Below, piece after piece: positions 19,496 through 29,170 of a stretch of 64,000 nucleotides of DNA (positions within the stretch are counted from its first letter, which is position 1; each line of letters starts with the position of its first letter). The notes beneath the pieces were generated by a model. It was not told the DNA's origin. It saw only the letters and a list, made by a program, of their open reading frames with translations, and ran no database searches. The DNA lies in contig JBEKLM010000001.1 in NCBI GenBank assembly GCA_050010195.1, positions 129,045-193,044 on the forward strand, given 5' to 3'. The translations under genes and the position numbers were made by a program. This DNA is from Verrucomicrobiia bacterium (lineage in GTDB: Bacteria; Verrucomicrobiota; Verrucomicrobiia; Palsa-1439).

Positions 19496-21436
19496 ATGTC
19501 CTCCGCCGGACGGATACCTTTCAATACCCTGCTAGACTTGACGGGGCGCGACTGTTACCATCCGGCCATGTCGCGGGGTACTACGGCACTCGGGTTTTCC
19601 AAGGTTGTGAAACCCGCTGCCTCACCGCACCGATGGAAGACCATCCTTGGCGGCGGAATGATTGTCCTCGCCGCCCTGGCGGCGTACCACAACAGCTTCG
19701 CGGTGCCACTTCTCCTGGATGATCTTCCCTCAGTTGAGGATAATCCGACCATTCACCATCTGTGGCCGATCTGGAAGGCGCTATCGCCACCCCCCGCCTC
19801 GTTCGTGGGAGGTCGCCCGATCGTAAACCTCTCCCTGGCCGTCAACCATGTGCTGGGGGGGGCGGCCGTTTGGGGGTATCACGCATTTAATCTGGCCGTG
19901 CATGTTCTGGCGGGCTTGACGCTGTATGGCATCGTGCGCCGGACGTTGGTGCGGCCAGGGTTGCGGGAACGATTCGGCGCGGCGGCGGAGTGGGCAGCCC
20001 TGGCGGTGGCGGTCATCTGGACGGTTCATCCGTTGCAGACCGAGGCCGTGACGTACATCTCCCAGCGGTGCGAGTCGTTGATGGGACTGTTCTACCTGCT
20101 GACCCTGTATGGCTTCATCCGGGGTGCGGAATCACGGAGATCGATCGGGTGGTTCACCTTGTCCGTGGCTACGTGTTTCCTGGGCGTGGCGAGCAAGGAA
20201 GTGATGGTGACGGCTCCCGTGATGGTGCTGCTGTACGATAGGACCTTCGTCAGCGGGAGCTTTCGGGAAGCATGGGCGCGACACCGTCGCCTGTATCTGG
20301 GATTGGCCAGCAGTTGGCTGTTGCTGGGCTGTTTGATGGCTGGTTTGCACGACCGCGGCGTCGGCTATGGCCTCGGGATGCTCTGGTGGGCTTATGCGCT
20401 GGCGGAATGTCGAGCGGTCGTGCAGTACCTCGGGCTGGCCCTGTGGCCGCATCCGCTGGTTTTCGACTACGGATTTTATGTGCCGACAGGGCATCTGGCG
20501 GCGGTGGTGCCATACGCACTGATTCTGGCGGTCCTGGCAACCGTCGTTTTGTTCGAGGTGAAGCGGCACCCGGCCATTGGGTACGTTGGGGCCTGGTTCT
20601 TCGTGATTCTGGCCCCGACCTCCAGCGTGGTGCCGATTGTGGGGTCACCGATGGCCGAGCACCGGATGTATCTGCCGTTGGCATCCGTGGTTACGATGAT
20701 CGTGATCGGCGCGGTTGCGCTCGGAAAACGGCTGTTTCACGAGCAGCAGGTCGTTGTGCTTGGATGGGTGGTGGGTGGTTCCGTCGTGGCACTGCTCACA
20801 TCTCTGACAATCCAACGCAATCAGGATTACCACTCGGCGTTGACCCTTTGGCTGGACACCGTGGAGAATGATCCCAACAACTCTCGGGCGCATTCCACCT
20901 TGGGGAGTGTTTTGTTCCAGGCAGGCAAGGTGCAGGAGGCGATCGGGCATTACGAACAGGCGCTGCGGATCCAACCCGATTACGTCACGGCACACAACAA
21001 CTTCGGGGTCGCCTTGGTTCAACAGGGCAGGCTGCCGGAGGCCATTGGCCACTACGAGCAGGCGCTACAGCTCAGGCCCGATTACGCCGAAGCGCACAAT
21101 AATCTGGGGATCGTCTTGATGCGACAGGGCAGGCTGCCGGAGGCCATTGGCCACTACGAGCAGGCGCTACGGCTCAGGCCCGATTACGCCGAGGCGCACA
21201 ATAATCTGGGGATCGCCTTATTTCGGCTGGGCAAGGTGCAGGAGGCCATTGGACATTGGGAGCAGGCTCTGGGCATCAATCCCGATTATGCCGAGGCGCA
21301 CAACAACCTGGGGAATGGCTTGTTTCGGCTGGGCAAAGTGCCAGAGGCCATTGGCCACTATGAGCAAGCGCTGCGGATCAAGCCCGATTATATCCAGGCC
21401 CAAAGTAACTTGGCGCGAGCGCGGGCTGTTCCGTGA
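19496..21436 (+). CDS. TMTC-like GT-C/TPR membrane protein, paralog 2.
   Basis: The DD motif near the first luminal loop, LLLDDLPSVEDNPTI, is typical of PMT/ArnT-type GT-C enzymes. About 10 TM helices are followed by at least 5 TPR units (AIGHYEQALRLRPDYAEAHNNLGI...). Confidence 0.75.
   Translation: MSSAGRIPFNTLLDLTGRDCYHPAMSRGTTALGFSKVVKPAASPHRWKTILGGGMIVLAALAAYHNSFAVPLLLDDLPSVEDNPTIHHLWPIWKALSPPPASFVGGRPIVNLSLAVNHVLGGAAVWGYHAFNLAVHVLAGLTLYGIVRRTLVRPGLRERFGAAAEWAALAVAVIWTVHPLQTEAVTYISQRCESLMGLFYLLTLYGFIRGAESRRSIGWFTLSVATCFLGVASKEVMVTAPVMVLLYDRTFVSGSFREAWARHRRLYLGLASSWLLLGCLMAGLHDRGVGYGLGMLWWAYALAECRAVVQYLGLALWPHPLVFDYGFYVPTGHLAAVVPYALILAVLATVVLFEVKRHPAIGYVGAWFFVILAPTSSVVPIVGSPMAEHRMYLPLASVVTMIVIGAVALGKRLFHEQQVVVLGWVVGGSVVALLTSLTIQRNQDYHSALTLWLDTVENDPNNSRAHSTLGSVLFQAGKVQEAIGHYEQALRIQPDYVTAHNNFGVALVQQGRLPEAIGHYEQALQLRPDYAEAHNNLGIVLMRQGRLPEAIGHYEQALRLRPDYAEAHNNLGIALFRLGKVQEAIGHWEQALGINPDYAEAHNNLGNGLFRLGKVPEAIGHYEQALRIKPDYIQAQSNLARARAVP
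21032..21235 (+). repeat. Near-perfect tandem duplication of a 102-nt (34-aa) TPR unit inside the TMTC-like gene.
   Basis: ccggaggccattggccactacgagcaggcgctac(a/g)gctcaggcccgattacgccga(a/g)gcgcacaataatctggggatcg occurs twice back to back with 2-3 mismatches. Confidence 0.6.
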
Positions 21437-21462
21437 GAGCAGGCTTGGGAAGTGGCACATGA

Positions 21463-23529
21463 ATGGGGCATGCTCCGTCAGCCGCCGACGGCCTACTGAC
21501 AGTGTGGTGGAAACTCAATAATGTGACGAACAGACTGCCATCGCCAATAGAAAAGACCTGGGAATCGGCAGTGTTGCCCGCCGCTCTCATTGTCTTGTTG
21601 ACGATCGTGGCCTACCTGCCCGCGTTCCGAGCCGGGTTTATCATGGATGATGACACCCTCATTGTTAACAATCATCTGATAAAAATGCACGATGGTTTAT
21701 ACCGTTTCTGGTGCACAACGGAACCACCTGATTACTGGCCATTGACCTCGACGACGTGGTGGATGGAATGGCGGTTGTGGGGCAAGAATCCCCTGGGTTA
21801 CCATGTCGTCAACATCATCCTCCACGCGCTGAGCGCCACACTGTGGTGGCGTATCCTGACGAGGCTGAAGGTCCCGGCACCGTGGCTGGCGGCTGCGGTA
21901 TTTGCCGTGCATCCGGTTAATGTCCAGTCTGTGGTCTGGATTGCCGAGCGCAAGAACACGCTCGCGATGCTCTTCCTTGCGTCGACACTGCTCGGGTGGT
22001 TGAAATTTGAAGACACAGGCCATCGGCGCTGGTACTGGCTTGCCCTGGGAACGTTCGCATTGGCGCTCTTGAGCAAGGCGGCGGTCGTCACGCTGCCCCT
22101 GGTGTTGCTGGGAATTGCGTGGTGGCGACGGGGGAAAGTGGACTTGACTGATGCATTGCGCAGCCTCCCGTGTTTCGCGCTTGCAGGCTTGTTGGGTTGC
22201 GTGACGGTCTGGTTCCAAAATCACCGGGCCATCGCCGCCGATATCGTGCGGCAGGACAGCTTCTGGTCACGGCTGGCGGGAGCGGGATGGGCGCTGTGGT
22301 TTTATCTGTACAAGGCACTACTGCCGCTGAACCTGTGCTTCGCTTATCCACGATGGCAGATCGACCCGAACACCCTCCTCTCCTATCTCCCGGGACTGCT
22401 CTGGGCGGCGGGTTTGCTGGTGTGCTGGCATTATCGTCAACGGTGGGGGAGGCCGTGGCTGTTTGGCCTGGGCTATTTCACGATGATGCTCTTGCCGGCC
22501 CTGGGATTCTTCAACGTCTACTTCATGCGATACTCACTGGTCGCTGATCGCTGGCAATACTATTCGATTATCGGCCTGATTGCCCCCGTTGTCGGCGTGG
22601 CCACCATGATTGCCCAGCGGGCCGGCCCGCAAACCCGCGATCTTGGAAAGTTCGCCGCAGCCGTCCTTCTGTTCACGCTGGGAGTCTCGACGTGGAAACA
22701 GGCCCATGTCTATCGGGACCCGGAAACGCTCTGGCGCGATACTTTGGCAAAGAATCCTGATTCCTGGTTGGCGCAGAACAACCTGGGAGTCATATTAAAG
22801 AACAAGGGGATGCTGTCGGAGGCGCGGGAACACTATGAGCAGGCTGTCCGTATCGCGCCCGACAATCTTGAGACACACAACAATCTGGGAAATGTCTTGC
22901 TCCAATTGGGCGAGGTGCCGGCAGCCATCGACGAGTATGAACGCGCGCTGCGAATCAAGTCCAATCAGGCCGAAACCCGCTTCAATCTCGGCAATGCCCT
23001 GCTCCAAATTGGAAACGTGACGAATGCGATCGCCGAGTATGAAGGCGCGTTGCAGATCAAACCCGATTATGCCGTTGCCCACAATAACCTCGGTAACGCC
23101 CTGCTCCAATCCGGCAAGGCAATGGAGGCAATGGCACAGTTCGAGCAAGCGATACGCCTCGATCCCGATCTGGTCGAGGCCCACTACAATCTGGGAGTTG
23201 TCTTTGCGTCCCAAGGACGGCTGGATGAAGCCGTCGAGCAGTACCGGAAAGCCATCCAGATCAAACCGGATTATGCGGACGCGTATGGCAACCTCGCCAA
23301 CGCACTGGCCGCGCAAGATCGTCTCGATGAGGCCATCGAGAATTACCAGCGGATGCTGGTGCTTGTGCCGAATTCCGCCGATGCGCACTACAATCTCGGC
23401 CTCGCGCTGCAGAGTCAGAAAAAGGCTGCGGCGGCGATTACACAATTCCGTGAAGCTTTGCGGATCGACCCAAACCACGAGGATGTCAGGCGGCAGTTGC
23501 GCGCGCTGGGGGCCTTGCCACTGCCGTGA
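21463..23529 (+). CDS. TMTC-like GT-C/TPR membrane protein, paralog 3.
   Basis: [16 protein letters not shown] motif. About 11 TM helices, then 7 TPR units to the C-terminus. It starts 27 nt after paralog 2. Confidence 0.75.
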   Translation: MGHAPSAADGLLTVWWKLNNVTNRLPSPIEKTWESAVLPAALIVLLTIVAYLPAFRAGFIMDDDTLIVNNHLIKMHDGLYRFWCTTEPPDYWPLTSTTWWMEWRLWGKNPLGYHVVNIILHALSATLWWRILTRLKVPAPWLAAAVFAVHPVNVQSVVWIAERKNTLAMLFLASTLLGWLKFEDTGHRRWYWLALGTFALALLSKAAVVTLPLVLLGIAWWRRGKVDLTDALRSLPCFALAGLLGCVTVWFQNHRAIAADIVRQDSFWSRLAGAGWALWFYLYKALLPLNLCFAYPRWQIDPNTLLSYLPGLLWAAGLLVCWHYRQRWGRPWLFGLGYFTMMLLPALGFFNVYFMRYSLVADRWQYYSIIGLIAPVVGVATMIAQRAGPQTRDLGKFAAAVLLFTLGVSTWKQAHVYRDPETLWRDTLAKNPDSWLAQNNLGVILKNKGMLSEAREHYEQAVRIAPDNLETHNNLGNVLLQLGEVPAAIDEYERALRIKSNQAETRFNLGNALLQIGNVTNAIAEYEGALQIKPDYAVAHNNLGNALLQSGKAMEAMAQFEQAIRLDPDLVEAHYNLGVVFASQGRLDEAVEQYRKAIQIKPDYADAYGNLANALAAQDRLDEAIENYQRMLVLVPNSADAHYNLGLALQSQKKAAAAITQFREALRIDPNHEDVRRQLRALGALPLP

Positions 23530-23656
23530 GCCCGCACGATTCACAACCATCGATTTCATCACGTCAACGACCTCCGGTGCAGAATCCCTCAGCTTCGGTT
23601 CGGCACTGATATTCGTGTTGACGGCGGTTTTGCCGGCCAGACATTATGGTCAAATC

Positions 23657-23959
23657 ATGAGACGGATTCTTCTGACCACGCCCTCTTTTCAGGACATCCC
23701 CCGCGAACATCACAAACTGATGGCGGACGCTGGTTTCGAGTTCGTTCGCGGCCGCGGTCCCCTGCCCGAGCCGCGCATGCTGGAACTCGTCAGCAAGGGC
23801 GACTTCGACGGCTGGCTCATCGGCGATGCTGCGATCACCCGCGCCGCCATCGAGAAGTCGCTTCCGCGGCTGAAAGTCATCAGCAAATATAGCGTCGGCC
23901 TCGATAAAGTGGACGTCAAGGCCGCACCGGAACTGAATGGAGACAAGAAATGCCATTGA
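23657..23959 (+). pseudogene. Truncated remnant of a D-isomer-specific 2-hydroxyacid dehydrogenase (substrate-binding N-domain only, 100 aa).
   Basis: MRRILLTTPSF...AITRAAIEKSLPRLKVISKYSVGLDKVDVKAAPELN matches the N-terminal catalytic-domain signature of SerA/2-HADH enzymes. It stops before any NAD-binding GxGxxG. Its 3' end overlaps the kdgK start at 23950. Confidence 0.4.
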
Positions 23960-25041
23960 AACTTCGTGGCAAGTTCACATTTGACCAACTTTCGCTCGGG
24001 GAAATCATGTTGCGGCTCGATCCCGGCGAGGGACGCATCCGCACAGCGCGCGAGTTCAAGGTGTGGGAAGGCGGCGGCGAATACAACGTCGCGCGCGGCC
24101 TGCGCAAATGCTTCGGGTTGAAGACGGCGGTGTGCACGGCATTCGTGGACAACGAAGTCGGCCATCTCATCGAGGATTTCGTCATGCAGGGCGGCGTCGC
24201 CACGGACTACATTCTCTGGCGACCCGACGACGGCATTGGGCGCTCCGTGCGCAACGGGGTCAATTTCACCGAGCGTGGCTTCGGCATCCGCGGGGCGATC
24301 GGTGTGCCGGACCGTGGTCAGACGGCGGCCAGCCAGCTCAAGCCCGGTGATTTCGATTGGGAAAAGATTTTCGGTCACGTCGGCGTGCGCTGGTTCCATA
24401 CGGGCGGCATCTTCGCCGCGTTGAGCGAGAGCACGGCCGCCTTGACCCTTGAAGCCGTCAAGGCCGCCGCCACGCACGGCACGATCGTAAGCTACGACCT
24501 GAATTATCGTCCCAGCTTGTGGAAGAGTATCGGCGGCCAGGCCAGGGCGCGTGAGGTCAACCGTGAGATTGCCAGATACGTGGATGTGATGATCGGCAAC
24601 GAGGAGGATTTCACCGCCGGCCTCGGCTTCGAGGTCGAAGGCATGGACCACAACATCACCAGGATCGAAACCGACGCCTTCAAGAAGATGATCGAGAAGG
24701 CGGTGAGCGAATTCCAGAACTTCAAGGTCGCAGCCACCACGTTGCGCAAGGTCATTACCGCGACTCGGAACGATTGGAGCGCGACTTGTTGGATGGACGG
24801 CAAATTTTACGAGAGCCGCCAGTATCCGGCGTTGGAAATCCTCGACCGCATTGGCGGCGGCGACAGTTTCGCCAGCGGCTTGATTTTCGGTCTCCTGAAG
24901 ACGGGTGACCCGCAACAGGCGGTGGACTATGGCGCGGCGCACGGCGCGCTGGCCATGACCACCCCCGGCGACACCTCCATGGCCACACAACAGGAAGTGG
25001 AAAAGGTCATGGGGGGCGGCAGCGCGCGCGTCCAGCGATAA
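23950..25041 (+). CDS. kdgK: 2-dehydro-3-deoxygluconokinase (KDG kinase), PfkB family.
   Basis: GEIMLRLDP N-terminus. PfkB signatures are present (GGGDSFASGLIFGLL; DxxGAGD-like GAAHGALAMT). It sits directly upstream of kduI-kduD. Confidence 0.85.
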   Translation: MPLKLRGKFTFDQLSLGEIMLRLDPGEGRIRTAREFKVWEGGGEYNVARGLRKCFGLKTAVCTAFVDNEVGHLIEDFVMQGGVATDYILWRPDDGIGRSVRNGVNFTERGFGIRGAIGVPDRGQTAASQLKPGDFDWEKIFGHVGVRWFHTGGIFAALSESTAALTLEAVKAAATHGTIVSYDLNYRPSLWKSIGGQARAREVNREIARYVDVMIGNEEDFTAGLGFEVEGMDHNITRIETDAFKKMIEKAVSEFQNFKVAATTLRKVITATRNDWSATCWMDGKFYESRQYPALEILDRIGGGDSFASGLIFGLLKTGDPQQAVDYGAAHGALAMTTPGDTSMATQQEVEKVMGGGSARVQR

Positions 25042-25062
25042 CACCAGACGGCCACCACAACC

Positions 25063-25893
25063 ATGGAACTCAGATACGCACCCGACATCGAGCGTTATTC
25101 GCACCTGACAACCGATGAACTTCGTGCCGGCTTCCTCGTGCCGAATCTGTTTCAGACGGGAATGATTCAATTGGTTTACGCGGATTTGGACCGAGCGGTG
25201 ATCGGCGGCGCTGTGCCAACTTCGGGAAAACTCGTATTGGGTGCGGCAAAAGAACTTGCATCGACGTATTTTACCGAACGGCGTGAGATCGGTGTCATCA
25301 ACGTCGGCGGAACGGGTTCGATTACCGTCGACGGCAAAGAGTTTGCCCTCGCAAAACTCGATTGTCTCTACATCGGTCGTGGAAGCAAACAGGTCGAGTT
25401 CGCAAGCGGGAGTGCACAAGACCCTGCCTGGTTCTATTTTATCAGTTACCCGGCCCACGCGGCACATCCGACACGCCTGGCGACCGCCGCCAAAGCTGCT
25501 GCGGTAGAGCTTGGTACACAACGTGATGCAAATCAGCGCACCATTCGCAAATACATCCACAAAGATGGAATTCAAAGCTGTCAGCTCGTCATGGGCTTCA
25601 CGGAATTAAAGGAAGGCAGCATCTGGAACACAATGCCGCCGCACACGCACGGGCGGCGGTCGGAGATCTACCTGTATTTTGATTTGCCAGCGGACTCCGC
25701 GGTATTTCACTTCATGGGCAACGCGACGGAGACGCGGCATCTCGTCGTGCGCAACGGCGAAGCCGTGTTGTCGCCGCCATGGTCCGTTCACTGTGGTGCG
25801 GGAACGCGACATTACTGTTTCGTGTGGGCGATGGGCGGGGAAAACCAGGAGTTCACCGACATGGACCAGATCGCCGTCAAGGATTTGAAATGA
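25063..25893 (+). CDS. kduI: 5-dehydro-4-deoxy-D-glucuronate isomerase (4-deoxy-L-threo-5-hexosulose-uronate ketol-isomerase).
   Basis: Full-length collinear similarity to E. coli KduI: [60 protein letters not shown]-like C-terminus. Confidence 0.9.
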   Translation: [276 protein letters not shown]

Positions 25894-26657
25894 TTCTCGA
25901 TCAATTCCGACTGGATGGTCAAACTGCCCTGGTGACGGGATGCCGGCGCGGCATCGGAATGGCGCTCGCCGAAGCGCTGGCCGAAGCGGGAGCGGACATT
26001 ATTGGCGTGAGCACTTCGCTGCGGAAAAGCGGCGAAGAAGTGGCCGCGCGCGTGACCAGGCTGGGGAGGAAGTTTCACGGATTCACTTGCGATTTCGCCG
26101 ACAGAAAGGCTCTTTACCAGTTCATTCGTGAAGTCACGACGTCTGGCGGGCCGATCGATATTTTGGTGAACAACGCCGGCATGATCCGTCGCGCGCCGGC
26201 GGCCGAGCATTCCGATGAGGACTGGGACCGCGTGATCGAGGTGAACCTCAACGCGCAGTTTGTTCTCGCCCGCGAGATTGGCAAACGAATGCTTGAGCGC
26301 GGCCAGGGAAAGATCATCTTCATCGCCTCCCTGTTGTCGTTTCAGGGAGGCATCACGATACCGGGGTACGCCGCGAGCAAGGGTGGGATCGCGCAACTGA
26401 CGATGGCCCTGTCCAACGAATGGGCTGGCAAGGGCGTCAACGTCAATGCGATTGCACCCGGCTACATCGAAACCGACAACACGGCGCCGTTGCGCGCGGA
26501 TCCCGCGCGCGCGAAGGCGATTCTGGACCGAATTCCCGCCGGGCGCTGGGGACGACCGGAAGATTTGCAGGGCGCGGTGGTCTTTCTGGCTTCGCGCGCT
26601 GCGCAGTACGTGAACGGCACGATCCTGACCGTGGACGGCGGCTGGATGGGACGCTAG
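25890..26657 (+). CDS. kduD: 2-dehydro-3-deoxy-D-gluconate 5-dehydrogenase (SDR family).
   Basis: MILDQFRLDGQTALVTG...ILVNNAGMIRR...IIFIASLLSFQGG...YAASKGG...VNAIAPGYIETDNT...VDGGW collinear with E. coli KduD. The ATG overlaps the kduI stop (ATGA). Confidence 0.9.
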   Translation: MILDQFRLDGQTALVTGCRRGIGMALAEALAEAGADIIGVSTSLRKSGEEVAARVTRLGRKFHGFTCDFADRKALYQFIREVTTSGGPIDILVNNAGMIRRAPAAEHSDEDWDRVIEVNLNAQFVLAREIGKRMLERGQGKIIFIASLLSFQGGITIPGYAASKGGIAQLTMALSNEWAGKGVNVNAIAPGYIETDNTAPLRADPARAKAILDRIPAGRWGRPEDLQGAVVFLASRAAQYVNGTILTVDGGWMGR

Positions 26658-26684
26658 GACAACATCACGAGCAGAGGATAAATA

Positions 26685-28052
26685 ATGAGATCTGACATGA
26701 CCCCGGCAACCGGTTCCGCAACGACGCCCGATGCGCAGAGAATGACGAACTACCGGTGGGTGATCTGTGCGCTGTTGTTCTGGGTCACGACCGCCAACTA
26801 CATTGACCGCGGCGTCTTTGGCAACCTGGCTCCCGAACTGCGAAAGACCTTCGGTTGGACCGAAGAGAATTACTGGAACATGCAGGTGGCCTTCAGCGCC
26901 GCCTACGCGGTCAGCATGCTCGTCATGGGCCGGTTGATGGACGTGATGGGCTTGCGCTGGGGATTCGTCTTTGCCTGTGCCTTCTGGGGGCTGGCGTCGA
27001 TGTCTCATGCGTTTGCGCCCGAGATCGGGCACGTGTTCGGCAGTGCCGTCACCGGCTTCCTCATCTGCCGCATCCTGCTCGGCCTGGGTGAGGGCGGCAA
27101 TTTCCCCGCCGCCATCAAGACGACCGCCGAATGGTTCCCCAAACGCGAGCGTGCCCTGGCCACCGGTCTGTTTAATTCCGGTTCCAACGTCGGCGGGATT
27201 CTCGTGCCCTGGGGTCTTCCCTTCGTCGTGACACAATTCTCCGCGATCACCATTGCCGGCACCACGGTGGGTTGGCGAGGCGCGTTTATCATCACGGCCG
27301 TCATCGATCTCCTGTGGATCGTCGCCTGGCTGGCCATTTACCGAAAACCCGAAGATCATCCGCGGGTCAACAAGGAAGAGTTGGCGTACATCCAGGGCGA
27401 CACCGTCGAGCCCTCTGTCAAGATCCCGTGGCGCCGGCTGTTCCCTCACAAACAGACCTGGGCCTACGCCACCGCCAAGCTCATGACGGACTGTTTTTGG
27501 TGGTTCTACCTGTTCGGCTCGCCGGACTTTTTTAATACAAAATTCCACCTGGACCCCAAAGGCCGCGAATACCAGATCATGCTCATCTATGTCGTCGCCT
27601 CCGTGGGCAGCATCGCCGGCGGCTGGCTGGCGGGGTCCTTCATGAAACGCGGCTGGACCACCAACAAAGCCCGCAAGATCACGCTCCTGATCTGCGCGGC
27701 GTTTGTCGTGCCCGTGGCGTTCTCGACCACGACCGACAACAAGTGGGTGGCCGCGATTCTCATCACGATTGCCGCATCGGCCCACCAGGCATGGTCGGCC
27801 AACGTCTTCAGTCTCGCCGGCGACATGTTCCCCAAGCGCCTCGTCGGTTCGGTCACGGGCCTCGGCGGCTTTTTCGGCGCGATCGGCGGACTCATCTTGT
27901 TCTTCGTCACGGGCAAAGTCCTCAAACACACGGGCAACTATTTCCCCGTCTTCCTCATGGGCAGCATCGCCTACCTCCTCGCGTTGCTGATCGTCCACGT
28001 CCTCGTCCCCAACCTCGAAGTGGCCGATATCGAGGACAAGGCTGCCGCCTAG
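26685..28052 (+). CDS. exuT: MFS hexuronate (galacturonate/glucuronate) transporter.
   Basis: 12-TM MFS protein. Similar to ExuT: TTANYIDRGVFGNLAPEL, FPKRERALATGLFNSGSNVGG, KPEDHPRVNKEELAYIQG. Fits the locus context. Confidence 0.8.
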   Translation: MRSDMTPATGSATTPDAQRMTNYRWVICALLFWVTTANYIDRGVFGNLAPELRKTFGWTEENYWNMQVAFSAAYAVSMLVMGRLMDVMGLRWGFVFACAFWGLASMSHAFAPEIGHVFGSAVTGFLICRILLGLGEGGNFPAAIKTTAEWFPKRERALATGLFNSGSNVGGILVPWGLPFVVTQFSAITIAGTTVGWRGAFIITAVIDLLWIVAWLAIYRKPEDHPRVNKEELAYIQGDTVEPSVKIPWRRLFPHKQTWAYATAKLMTDCFWWFYLFGSPDFFNTKFHLDPKGREYQIMLIYVVASVGSIAGGWLAGSFMKRGWTTNKARKITLLICAAFVVPVAFSTTTDNKWVAAILITIAASAHQAWSANVFSLAGDMFPKRLVGSVTGLGGFFGAIGGLILFFVTGKVLKHTGNYFPVFLMGSIAYLLALLIVHVLVPNLEVADIEDKAAA

Positions 28053-28199
28053 TTCGCGGCGGAGTGAAGCGCCGAAGGGAACACGGTGGTGTGGTGTGCC
28101 TTTGGGCCAACCCGGCGCACAACCGACATTCCCCCATCCGGCGTGAACTTTTCGGGTTCGGCTTGCAACTACTCAGAGAGAGGAGACAATCTCAGAGAG

Positions 28200-28688
28200 G
28201 TGCAATCCGACACGGATACCATTGGCCGGTTGTATGGGCAGCACGCGGGCGAACTGTACCACTACCTCGCGCGGCGATGTCCCGATGCCGCGACCGCGGG
28301 CGATCTCTTGCAGGAAACCTTCCTGCAGGTCGTCCGCCAGTCCGATCAACTGGCCAAGGTGGCCATCCCCCGCGCCTGGCTGTTCGCCATCGCCCGCAAT
28401 ATGTTGGCCCGCCACTACCGCCGCCAACGCGATCCTGAGCCCGTCGCGCAGCTCTGGTACGAACCTGCCGAGAAGAAGGACGACCGCCTCGCCGTCATGC
28501 GGGAGGCCATCGGCAGTTTGTCCACCGAATTGCGCGATACCCTCGAGTTGCGGCTGGAACAGGAATTGTCCTACGAAGAAATCGCCCATGTGCTGGATGT
28601 CCCGGTCGGGACGGTCCGTTCGCGCTTGCACAACGCCGTGCGCCAGTTGCGCGACCTCATGAACCAGCAGGAGGAAACCAACCCATGA
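28200..28688 (+). CDS. ECF (sigma-70 family, group IV) RNA polymerase sigma factor.
   Basis: Region 2 (GDLLQETFLQVVRQ) and region 4 (LSYEEIAHVLDVPVGTVRSRLHNAVRQL) are present. Probable GTG start at 28200 after AGGAGA; the track ORF extends to 28086. Confidence 0.75.
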   Translation: MQSDTDTIGRLYGQHAGELYHYLARRCPDAATAGDLLQETFLQVVRQSDQLAKVAIPRAWLFAIARNMLARHYRRQRDPEPVAQLWYEPAEKKDDRLAVMREAIGSLSTELRDTLELRLEQELSYEEIAHVLDVPVGTVRSRLHNAVRQLRDLMNQQEETNP

Positions 28689-29170
28689 AACCGGATGTCA
28701 TCGAACGTTTGCTACTGGACCGTGCGCTGGGACGCCTCGATCCCGACGTCGACGCGCTGCTGGCGGATTACCTGGCCGACGACGCACCCGCGGCGACCCG
28801 GGCCCGGGAATTTCAGGGCGTGGTGCATCTGGCCAGCGAGGCCGTTCGTCAACCCGTGCTCGCCATCGAGCCGCCCAATCAAATCCATCGGCTCGTCTGG
28901 CGTCATCGCGCCGAACGAGCGCTGGCCCTCGCCGCCTCGTTTGTGATCGGCGCAGGCATCACCGCGCTGGCACTCCGCGCCAGCCTCCGGCACGAGGACA
29001 ACACAGTCTCACTCGCGCCATCGGTCCAAAGCGTATCGATGCCGTCGTCACGCCGCGCCGCCCTCGTAAAAAGCAAGATCGAGTCTCTTCCCTTCTGGTC
29101 AAACCAACGGCTGTACCTGCTCGCATCGGCGGCAGCCGCCGACGCGAACGCAAAGGAGATAGTGAAATGA
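28685..29170 (+). CDS. Putative anti-sigma factor (single-pass membrane protein).
   Basis: Its start overlaps the sigma-factor stop (ATGA). One TM helix ALALAASFVIGAGITALAL. This matches the size and position of ECF anti-sigma partners. Confidence 0.5.
   Translation: MKPDVIERLLLDRALGRLDPDVDALLADYLADDAPAATRAREFQGVVHLASEAVRQPVLAIEPPNQIHRLVWRHRAERALALAASFVIGAGITALALRASLRHEDNTVSLAPSVQSVSMPSSRRAALVKSKIESLPFWSNQRLYLLASAAAADANAKEIVK

Noticed and set aside
23024-23959. 311-aa plus-strand ORF spanning the end of the TMTC-like gene and the intergenic region.
   Set aside because: Its first 200 codons overlap the well-supported TPR gene in another frame. Only the last 100 codons (23657-23959) look protein-like, and these are reported separately as a truncated dehydrogenase remnant.
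28086-28199. N-terminal extension of the ECF sigma ORF.
   Set aside because: The conserved sigma region 2 begins after 28200. A GTG with AGGAGA 13 nt upstream gives a typical 162-aa ECF sigma. The 38-codon extension is probably untranslated.
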